Positions 52,180 to 61,929 of a stretch of DNA of 64,000 nt are shown here, in pieces; the first letter of the stretch is position 1, and the number at the start of each line of letters is the position of its first letter. The notes under the pieces are model-generated. The model searched no databases. It was not told where the DNA came from and saw only the letters and a list, made by a program, of their open reading frames with translations. A program made the position numbers and the translations under genes. Origin of the DNA: Raillietiella orientalis (taxonomy: Eukaryota); NCBI GenBank assembly GCA_036172245.1, contig JAYWIR010000002.1, positions 6,510,001-6,574,000 of the forward strand. Direction: 5' to 3'.

Positions 52180-55100
52180 CTTGGAGCACAATTCTTTAGG
52201 CTCATTCTTCCACATTTCTTTGCGTCAGTTGGGCTTATTTGGGACAAAAGGCAGCTCAAAAGTTCTTGGGCTTCGAAAACTGTGCTCGCATCTTGCGAAG
52301 GACCACGCACTGAAGGTTGCTATCAACTCAGAAACAGAACGGAAGAGACTGGTCTTCGTTTTCCTACCAGGCAGATCGCAAATTTGAATCGTGGCTGAGA
52401 ATCCACGCAATGCGAGAGCCGTTGCTAAGTTCAGTGAAGTCTACTGAATTGCTAACCGCAGTGTTAAGAGCAATGATAGCAGAACCCGAATACTGGAAAG
52501 AATAGATGCTGCATTTTACCTCCATCCTTGCTGTGCCTCTTTTTTTTTTTTTTTTTCCTGCTGTCCTAGACGAAATCTCGGAGTTTTTGGTTGCCCGAAT
52601 CAGAACTCCAGGGCTACTCAGGGCACTTCATTTTTCCTAGCGCAGCTCTGCCTAGTCGGATCGCCCTGGCGACTGGTCATGATGGAGGAGTGGGCATTCC
52701 GCCAAATTCAGACAAAAGCAGGACATGTGTTTTCATCTCCCAGATCGAAACGAATCCGTTGTAACCTCATTTTCGCGTCGGCTGCTAATAGCCTTCTCGC
52801 GGACGTAAATGAGCGGTCTCATTAAGTGCGCTTGAAAGCAGAGCAGCAATTTTTTCTTAAAAAACAAACAAGCAGACAGACCTGCTGTCTTTCCCTTCCT
52901 GCGAAATGATAATTTTCCGATGCATCCTCACGTGTGTTACAGGGATTCCGAGACGCGCATATCTTGGATTTTCTCGGAGACCCCCCACTGGCGTGCAGGG
53001 AGTTTGGTATGGAACCCCCGTCACATTATTATTGCTGCTTGTTGCAGTAATAAAAGCGAATTACCAATGCCGCGCCGTGCCTGCTAAAAATGCATGATCA
53101 AGGAATCAGCTTCGCGCTGTTGTGATGGAAACGAGATCGACAGTTCCGCGTAATATAAATAAGCACACACGCAACAGTAAACTCCCCTCGGGCATTTCGG
53201 CCCAAGAGGTTTGCGTTCTCCCCTGGTGAGGCGACATCGGAGATTCCAATTTGGCTACATGCTCTGCTCAAGTGTTCCTGTCAGCATGCGGAACTCATCC
53301 CTTAGCGACGCGTGCGATGATACCTCCATAGGCATGATGAGAGCAGGAATAGATCTGTAGCCCATGGATGGACGATATAGAGAACCCCTTTATCGACGAC
53401 AGGGGGGAGGATGGAAGGCACGCTTCCTCCGTGAAGAATCCGTCCGGAGAAACCAAATCTATGAAGTTCCCTGGAGACGCAAGACGGAGTCACCGGACGA
53501 CTACGCTGGACCCTTTTCCAAAGGTCTCCTAGCAGCTCGTTTTCTTCAGGATTCTCTTCGAGTGTTAACCGCCATGCACGCGGACGTTGAGGAGAAAGGG
53601 GTCCATTATGGATGGCAGCTTCCATGAAAGTAAAGCCAACGATTCGCTATATCTCGCAAACGAAAGTCGACGTGGCGCCTGCAGCATGCATCGAAGAAAT
53701 CAGAGGATCAGACGAGCAGTGCTCTTGAAAGATTCAGGAAGATACCGTCGCTACTATAACAAAATCCTAGCTAACATGGAAAGGGGAGGAGAAGGATACG
53801 TCAGAAATCACGCTGGGCACTTAACAACGGTTTTGGAAGTCCTTTCGCCCATCTCACTGAATTCTGACCGTCCGACTCTGAAAACTTTGATCAGCATGCC
53901 GTGGCGAGATCTCTCGCAAAATGATTGCTTCCAAGGACACTGAAAATGGAGGCGAAAGAAAGAAAGAAAGAAAATTAAATGAGTCAGGATGAGCGGGGGA
54001 TGCTTGGAAGAATTTCTTACCTCGGTGCAGAGGCAAAAGTGACAGCTTTTCGGGAGCAGACCGTGTGTTTTAGTTTTGCTCTTTGGGGGAATTTTGGTGC
54101 TGGTAAGAGGAGTCCAATCTTCCGAGGTATTTTCTCCAAGTTGGCGGATCCTCCGAGAGACGAGGGGGTCGAAGCAGACATCAAGTTCTATTCATTCCAA
54201 CGCGTAGTACTGGATGCTGCAATGCAACGACGCGACGGCATTTTTCCATTGCCACTAGAGATTGTTCCGGGATGCCGACTCTTTCGGGCGGTCAGTGGGA
54301 ATGCTCACACAGAGAGCCGGATAGCAAAGCGCCAGCCCTCAACATCCACGCGCGCTCTTCCGGAGGAGAGAAAACGCCTGGACCTAGTTCCCTCCGTCAC
54401 GAGAAGAGTTCCCCTACAGGCAACGAACTTTATTCGAAATGGCCAAATGCTAGAGACCGTTCTGCCGCAAGATCGCAACTTAGAGGGGACTCGCTTACAA
54501 GATGAAATAAATGACCTTGACCGTAGTCCACGGAACCGATGATAAAAGTCTCGTCGGGCAGAGCCATTTATCCAACCATTCCCTGCCACTGAGAAAGGTA
54601 TGCAACCTGAAGAAGAAGTGTCTCGGTCAGCTGGATGGCGTTTCTCGGATGTGAGGGGGGAGGGAAGGGAACGGGTTGGCAGGAAGGCTTTCTGGGCAAA
54701 CACGGAATATGGGGAACCCGCCGGAGAGCGAATTGGTGGCGCCGCACAATCCGGGGAGGCTGCCGCAGATCGCAGCGCACCGACGGCAACGCACGACGAC
54801 AGCCTCTGGGAAAGTGCGGGCGGAAGAAGCACGCAGCGGGGCGCGAAACTTGGGCCAGGTCGCGCCGCGAGGAGTGTCGCGCGCGATTGGCTGCTGCCAT
54901 TGGACGCGGCGCGCCGCCGTGGATGCTGCCGATAACTCACCTCATCGTGCGTCAAAACGCGTTCCGATAACGATCGTCGCAGAAAAAATTCCCTCCGAGT
55001 GGAACGAAGACAAAGCGGTCCGGTCCCCACGCGACGGGGAAAAACAAGGATTCGAAGGCGGACCCACTCTCGAGAGCCACCATCCACCCCGGCCGCTCCG

Positions 55101-55705
55101 GATCGAAGTAGGGTGGCGGCATTCCCGTGATGCTTTGGAAGGAATTTTCTCGTTCTGATGCATGCCCCGGGGTCCCGCGGAGCAAAAAGACCTCTTCGCG
55201 AATCCGTTTTGGCGGCCCCAGAGGGTAGCCGTTGAGGTTCGCGCGGGCAAGGCTGTGACCTTCCAGCCTTCGAGAAACCCGATTTGCCAGAGAGGTTATC
55301 AGTCGGTGGAGCGTGGAAGTCCGTCGGCGAGAAGAGAGATTTTCATCTCTGGCCGATGAAAGATCCCAATTTTGCTGGCTTTCCCTGGCTCTTGTAGCAC
55401 GTTCATTCAATCATCAGCTCCCGCGGCCGAGCGGGAGAAAAAAAAGTACGAAAGGACGAGGCTGTTAAGCAGTTGCTGCTGCCTTTCCGGCTCTTTACCC
55501 TTCCGTCAAGAAATCCGCCTGAGCGTCCGATGGACTCCCTTCGGCTTTCTTTCGCGACTCCATTCGCGTCCCACGAAGGCGCTGCCCTTGGTTCCTTATC
55601 TTCTTACTCCTTTCATCTGCTGCTACCTGGAGTGCTGAATCCCCAAGCAGAGGACGCCTGTTTCGCCGCCCGCTCTCCGCATGTTCCTCAATCCATCTCA
55701 GGGCT
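52180..55705 (+). pseudogene. Lipoxygenase pseudogene (PLAT and catalytic domain)
   Basis: Colinear: 'FGTKGS'/'FESWL' (PLAT), 'IPRRAYLG..RPP', 'EVPWRRK.ESPDDYAG', 'RAVLLKDSG', 'KTLISMPW' (HQLISHW), 'RALPEE', 'GWRFSDVRGEG...FW', 'HAA/NLGQ' (HAAVNFGQ) and terminal 'VPQSISG' (VPNSISI). Many frameshifts. Confidence 0.68.
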
Positions 55706-56138
55706 GCTGTTGCCCTCCAAAGAAAATTCCTAGGAGAACAGGGGTGGCCCTCTCGGAACCTGGGCTCTCCCCTAAGGCCCGCAAGACATCCATCCCAAGA
55801 CATCCATCTGGTGCTAAGGTTGGAACCGCGATCCCGTTCCGGTCACCTCGAAAATTTCTGATGCTTTCACGCCGTTCTTGATGGCACCTCGCGAGGTCAG
55901 TTCCGAAACTGATCAATTTGCTGGTTGGCCAACTCTGCCCATTTCGAACAAACCCTTTCGTGCCTTCTCTTTTTTCTTTTTCCTCCCTTTTTCATTTTCG
56001 ACCCTCGAAGGACTTTTTTTTTTTCTTTTTATAGGGACAGTAGCGACCCCACGAGGAGATCGTTACTACGAGGAGGCCTCGGATGACGGAAATTTTTTTG
56101 AGTTCTTCTCTGCCTTCTCTGTTTTTTCCCTTTCAGCA

Positions 56139-57003
56139 TTTTTTTTTCAGTTTTTTCAGGTTTTTGTTTTTTGGTTCGCTAAGTAACCTCGCGTGCCTCG
56201 CGGCGCACGTGGCTCTTTAAGACTGTTCCATGCCACCCGCGGAGGGTGCGTGTTATTCTTCGAAGATAGGGGGCACCTCAGAAGAGGGATGCTCCCTATG
56301 AATCCAGGAAGGCTCGGATCCTCTCACGCTTGGAAAGGGGGATGGCACCTCTCGCCCTGGTTGTCTCCGAAGGGGACCCAGAAGGGAATCCCCGTTCCTC
56401 ATTTCCTCCGGAGAGACCCCTCTGGAAGGGGGTAGTCCTCTCCATTTCATCTTCTCCGAAGGGAACCCGGAAAAAATCCGCTAGTAGGAATTTCTTCTCC
56501 GGAGGGAACCCGCAAGGGAACCGCTCCTGTTCACTCCTCTGAAGGGAACCCCGAAGGGACTCTTCCGAAATTCAGAAGGGGCGCTGCAGCTTCCCGCAGG
56601 GGAATCGCTCTCGCTTGCTTCCTTGCACTCTGTGAAGAGGCGACGACTCAGAGAGTTCCTCGCAACAGGGGAGTCCACTCCTTTGAACAGCTGGAGAGGT
56701 GCCTGTGAAGGCTCCTTGCTCCATCTTGAAACCGGAAGGGTTCTCCTGGTGTGGGGGGTCCGCTCTCCGTTGTACGAACGGAGGGGGAACTCCCCACTCC
56801 CTGATTCCTAGAAGGACCCGAAGGTCGACTCCCATTGTTCCGGCCTTCATCGGGGTCCTCCGGCTTAATCCACCGCCGATGCCACGCCCGAATGTTTCGG
56901 CCAACCAGCCCCAGTATTTGTAAACCCCCCTGCTGGAGAATTCGAACCCGCGACGCATGGTGCCACGCGCAGAAGCCTTAACCACAAAGCCTCCAACACG
57001 GGC
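56139..57003 (-). mobile_element. tRNA-headed SINE-like element, copy B (apparently full length, ~830-nt body plus A-rich tail)
   Basis: Minus strand: GCCCGTGTTGG head, A-box-like AGGCTTTGTGG (56982-56992), B-box GGTTCGAATTC (56938-56948), and a body ending TACTTAGCGAACC before an A-rich tail (T-rich on plus, 56139-56172). Confidence 0.82.
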
Positions 57004-57089
57004 AGTCATGTCTTCTTCCTCTGACAGCGGAATTCTTAAAAAAATTTTCTTTCGTCGGGAACCCCAGCCGCATGTTGGCGCGAATATTT

Positions 57090-58150
57090 AGCCCTGCCAT
57101 CTGGTAGATGGGATGGTTAACCTACGGAACCATGCATTTGTTACATTTTGATACCCACCCTTCTCCCACGTCACACCTTCCGAACCCCAAACTTCTCCGT
57201 GGCCGCGACGTATCCAGAATCTGATAACGGGCTGCTCGCACGAACGTAGGAGGCGATCCTGTCTTCCCACTGCCCGTCCACTGAGCCTCGACCTTCACGT
57301 TTCTCTTCGCGGTACCCCCTGGTCATGTTCGTCGTGCCGCGTGAGGTGGGAAGCCGCCGCCCGTCAGACTGTTAAGAATCTGTGCGGCTCTCTCCTGCCT
57401 GTACCACTCAAGCTAATGGAAAGGGGGCGGAATCTTCAACAATCGGTGAAGGACAAGGCTGGAGGTTCTGCTGCGTCAGTTTATCGGTGCATTTCCGAAA
57501 TTCCAGATGCCTCGAAGGAACGGCATTTGAGATCTCGGGAGGAGCGAGCCGGACTGCTCCACCGAGATTTTTGCTTACCAGATCCTCGAGCCGGCTCGAA
57601 ACCGCCTGAGACCGGAATTCGAGAGCTTCGGATCGAAGGGCATAGGCGTGCTTTCCTTCGGAATCCAGCAGGTCCAGGGATCAGGACTGCAAGCAGCTAG
57701 GGTGCTAGAGAGGCGCTGGAAAATCCAAAAGCTTGGCGAGGTTTCTGGAAAGGAATCCACTCGGCTGTTTCCTCCCGAAGGAAGTGCATCTCAGGGCAAC
57801 ACGCGAAGAGTGTGATGTTTCAAAAGGGGTGGACTTTTTTCTCTTAACCAGAGATTGCAAGGAAGGAAAAAAGCGACCCATGGCCATCCATGAATGAACA
57901 CTTGGTGTTCTGTGGAGATAGTCGTCTCCCATTGGGAACAGAGTGGAAGAGCCGCAAGTGACACAAAACATCAGCTGCGCTCACTCAACCTTAAAAGTTG
58001 ATCCACGTGCATCCATGGAAATGTTTTCAGGAACCACGGGATGTTCTCGGAATTTTCTCCTGATCCTTAACGAGTTTGCTTTCCACGAAGAGCTCGTGAC
58101 GACCTTTCCTGATGACGTCACTGAGTGCTGCCCATTGATTCACACGGCCA
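57090..58150 (-). pseudogene. F-box remnant
   Basis: 'WAALSDVIR/KVVTSSSWKA..RIRRKF' (F-box) and 'PSVHSW...FPSLQSL'. Confidence 0.28.
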
Positions 58151-58209
58151 TTCGAACGACTGCTGATTCTGTTATGGAACTTTCACAAATCTCATTAGCC
58201 AAGAAATGT

Positions 58210-59570
58210 TCCTTATGCAGGCAGGATCACAAAACCCATTGTCCATCAACCTCTGTAAAACAATGGTCTGTGTACTTTACAATTTGCCAAGGCAGCTCCG
58301 AGTTTTAAGACGCTTTCTGTGGTCCCATTTAAGATCTTTCATTATTTCTGTTTTAGCGCGTGACCACGCGCTTGCCATGGTCTTCGAGCGTGCTGGCGGT
58401 CGGTGCATTGAATGAGGCGCGCAACTTTTGGGGGAAGAAGGGGGGGGGCTGCCCGAGTGCGAAGGCACTCGTCATGTCGAGTGGATCCTTGCTTCAAAAC
58501 CATTCAATTTATCAGTTTTTATCGGACCAAGTGCTCCAGTAGAAAGCGCCTCGCTCAGGTGATGTCCGCTGCTCCGATGCCTCGCTGACTTCCAGCCTTT
58601 TGCTTTCTTCCGTATGTCTCCAGAAGCCGCGGAAAGCACCTGTACACTTGATGACAGTGCTTGCGTGTTTCTGAAAGCTCTTCACCTTCCAAAAAAGAAG
58701 GAAAACACGAAGCATTGGTAAAATGGTTTCCGTACTGATGCAAATCCTGCCGTCAGCGCATTCGGTTTGCTTTTTTCGATCACTCTTCGTATTCCTCCAT
58801 TTCATCATGCCAGTCCGTCTCAGTACCCGTTTCCCTGCAAATAAGCGGCCTTTTGCTATGTCGCCGTAAAAAATTGATGCAGTGCACATCAGCGATCCTT
58901 CCTTTTAGAGCGGGCCTGCAAGCAGCTTGCATCAGTTTATTCCGTCGGATGCATCGGAAGGATTAAAAAGCAATCACGGCAACTCCGGTGCCATCTGGAA
59001 ATCTTCTTCCTTGAAGGGAATGGTCTTGCCGTTTGGAAACGCATCAAACAGAGGACATCAAAAGCCAAATACACCTAAGACATATATACCCATGCCTCTC
59101 GGACAGATCCCTCTTTTTTTCGGGCAGTCGCTTTCATCTCATCATAGGCATTTGATGTTCGCGTGAAATTTATTCGTGCCGAGTCGAAACTGCAGCGAAA
59201 GTTGCATTTTTATAAATACTAACATCTTTTAAGAATACCGGGAGAGTGAAGATGCTGAATTCTTCTCCTCTGTCTGTTCCAACGTATTTTTGTGAAGAAA
59301 TCTTTCTCCCCTATCAATTCTCCAGAATAAAGCCTATGAACATTATTAGGCAGCCATTACTTTTTCCGTGTGTCAAGAGGTTTTTCCTAAGCAGTCGTTG
59401 TATTTTAGCATCAAGTTAGTGGCTGTCAGCGGTCACGGGAGCTCTTATTTTATCCATCTCTTTCAAATGGGAATTTCACCCTTCACAAGAGTTAAGATAT
59501 TCCTAGTGTCCATTAAGATAACCTCTGTTCTTCCTGGTAGGAGTCAGTTGCATAAATGTGCAAGTTATGT
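58210..59570 (-). mobile_element. Ty1/copia retrotransposon internal remnant (gag start, integrase, start of RT)
   Basis: 'EVILMDTRNILTLVKGE' (gag-like), 'LEN**GRKI...GTDRGEEFS' (VENQTGRKIKxLRTDRGGEF), 'LGVFG..C' (LRVFGC), 'AWSRAKTEIMKDL' and 'WQIV...QWVL' (RT start), in copia INT-RT order. Confidence 0.58.
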
Positions 59571-60299
59571 CGCAAGTTCATGACCAGGTGCGGGCATTTC
59601 CACCCTCCAACTGCAGCTCTTTAATCGCACAGCGCTATGGATAAAAGAATTAAACCAAAAACGCCAGGAGGATGAAAGAACGGAGCTCCATTTTCATCTC
59701 GAAAATGGAAACGATGCTGTGGGATGACGTCATTTTTAAGCAGTTTTCGGAAATTGCAGAAGATGTGATTGCACTTGTCGCTGCCGTCTTCCTGGACTTT
59801 TGGAACAGAATTCCGTGACAAAAAAAAAAAAAGCTGCTGTGTCCTTTCAGCAGCATCAGTCCTCAGGAGAGAATGTCCTGAAAAGGTCGGTTTTCACATC
59901 GCATGCGAACGAATGATCTGACTCTAGTAAGCATTCCGGAAGAGGTCCAACAGATGGATTATCTTGCTGCTACTGAGAAGTATGCCGACCCTTTCTGCTG
60001 AAAAAAAGAAGAGTTGTTAGCAGCGCGTTGATAGGCATACGGAATGGTTGTCGAAAAACATTTAACATAAACGAGCAAAGACTTATTTGCTGAAAGCCTT
60101 CTCGGGAGAGAAGACGTACTACTTCAAGGCTTCCTTCCAGAAGAGACCCACAAAGAAAGCAAGGGAATTTGACTCATTAGGTAGCGTGTTCCGAGTTTAG
60201 ATGAACTGTAATTTAGAAGTGGTTTTGGAACTGAAGCTATGAGCAATCAGGACTTGGAATTTTCCCCCTTTGCTGTCCGCAAAAAAAAAAAAAAAAACG

Positions 60300-61562
60300 T
60301 AGATGTTTCCGAAAACTACTCCGTCATCTTTGGAATGCGTCCAGCTCTTGTAAATTGAGACGGAGGAAGGAAGCAGGCACTCCTCAGGCGACGAACAGCA
60401 AATGGGCTGCGCTATCGAACCCTGATGAAGATTCACGCTTCCTTGGCATGGGAACCATGGTAAAACATGATCTTCCCCTGGTTAGACTGGTGCTTTCCAA
60501 GCTTTATATATCAGCTCCTTCTCAGGGCGGAAAGATTTCCACGAAGTTCTCGAAACTGTTATTTGCATTAAGGGCCACAATCCCAGCTCCCCATAATTTA
60601 AGGAGAGACGCGTCTTGGATTTCATCGGCGAACAGATGTTCCTGAGGTGTCTCATGCAGTTTTCCAATTAACCACGCTGTGATACAAGCCGTATATGTAC
60701 AGTTGACGGCAACGGGCAGATATTCGTGAAGACCTTAAGTGGCAAGACCATCACTTTGGAAGCGAGCTTTTCCATCGCGCGTCTGAGCACACAATGGAAA
60801 ATATGAAAGCTGAGATACAGGGCGAGGGAGGCATTCCTCCTGACCAGGAGAGACTGATCTTTGCTGGGAGACAATTGGAGGACGGTCGCACACGCAGCCG
60901 TCGTAACATTCAGAAAGAGCCGACGTTTGCACTGGGTACTGGGATCGAGGAGGTGGCACGCAGATGTTTGCGAAGACGCTGACCAGCAGAGCAACCACCT
61001 TGAAAGTGCAGACGTCGGACACGACTGAGAACGGGTAAACCAAAATCCAGGGAAGTGCACGGCCGAAACTAAGACACTCGATCTCTGATACTTTGAGAAT
61101 TTCAAGCCATTCGATTCGCTGGGCGATCCAGGTAATCAGATGGGCTGTAGGCACCAGGGATTTCAGAACAAAGTATCCTGTAAATGCTGAACAGAGGTTT
61201 AATGGTTTCCTGTTTATTACGCAGTTAGCATAATTATTTTGGGATCGTCTGGCGGCGGAATATACTGCTCCAAAGAGGGACGGTACTGCATAAATCGAGA
61301 CTTGCTGGCTACATGAGCTTTGCCAAAACAACTTCCAGTGCCCTTTACCAACGAAAGTGCTCCCCGGGGGACAATCTCTGACACTTTGGAAGACTTTGAG
61401 GCACTTTAAAAACGCCGGCTTAAGCATCATCCTAAAAATCCGATGAGTAATTTCACTGAGGTCCCCTTCCGGATTCGGAAGAAGATAAACCATGAAAAAA
61501 TTACCCCAATTTTCATCCGGGTATGCCGTTATTATTAAATTAATATCCAGGATTATCATCAT
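60300..61562 (-). pseudogene. F-box/LRR (FBW2/SKIP1-like) remnant interrupted by a ubiquitin fragment
   Basis: ORF 60735-61562 has 'DLSEITHRIFRMM..LKCLKVFQSVRD' (F-box) and 'LITWIAQRIEWLEILKV' (LRR). LRR-like 'MPRKRE' and 'NLQELD' resume beyond ~60660. Confidence 0.35.
60714..61054 (+). pseudogene. Polyubiquitin fragment (about 1.4 tandem units), degenerate
   Basis: [15 protein letters not shown], a 14-nt net insertion, then [33 protein letters not shown]...NIQKEPT, LHWVL..GG, and directly [30 protein letters not shown]. Confidence 0.92.
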
Positions 61563-61929
61563 TTAATGAAAATCAGTAAACCACCTGTCCAATTATTTTA
61601 GCTGCAGTCTTGACAAAAGGCCGTATATATGCTGTACACATATTCCAGCATTTTATTCCTTGAAAATGCCGGTTTAAACGGCCAGAGAAACCATCAGATC
61701 TTGGATGATGCTGTTCCGATTTCTTGCCACTCCCCCACTCCGAGTCGACGACTTTTTTGTGCACTCGCGAGAGGCAGCGACCAGGTTCGAGATGCTTTGG
61801 TCCTGAACACCGGTGCTTCCCGTTTGCAGTCGGCTGCTCCATTTGCTCCTCACACACGCTCAGAGGTTTAGCCAGCTCTTCCTCGTTTTCAAGAGTAAAC
61901 GGAAGAGTCTGACAAAGCTGGAGATAAGG

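Noticed and set aside
54305..55087. 260-aa minus-strand ORF
   Set aside because: Antisense shadow of the GC-rich lipoxygenase pseudogene.
56173..56280. HDV-like ribozyme at the SINE 3' end
   Set aside because: P1/P3-like and GG...CGAA elements can be drawn, but no P2 partner follows; the A-rich tail starts instead.
11026..57003. Copies A and B as the two LTRs of one 46-kb element
   Set aside because: No TG...CA ends, PBS or PPT were recognised, there is a tRNA-like head and an A-tail, and further copies occur in the opposite orientation.
56572..57009. ORF shared by SINE copies (MKAGTMGVDLRVLLGIREWG...)
   Set aside because: The frame diverges between copies outside the identical block, and there is no recognisable domain.
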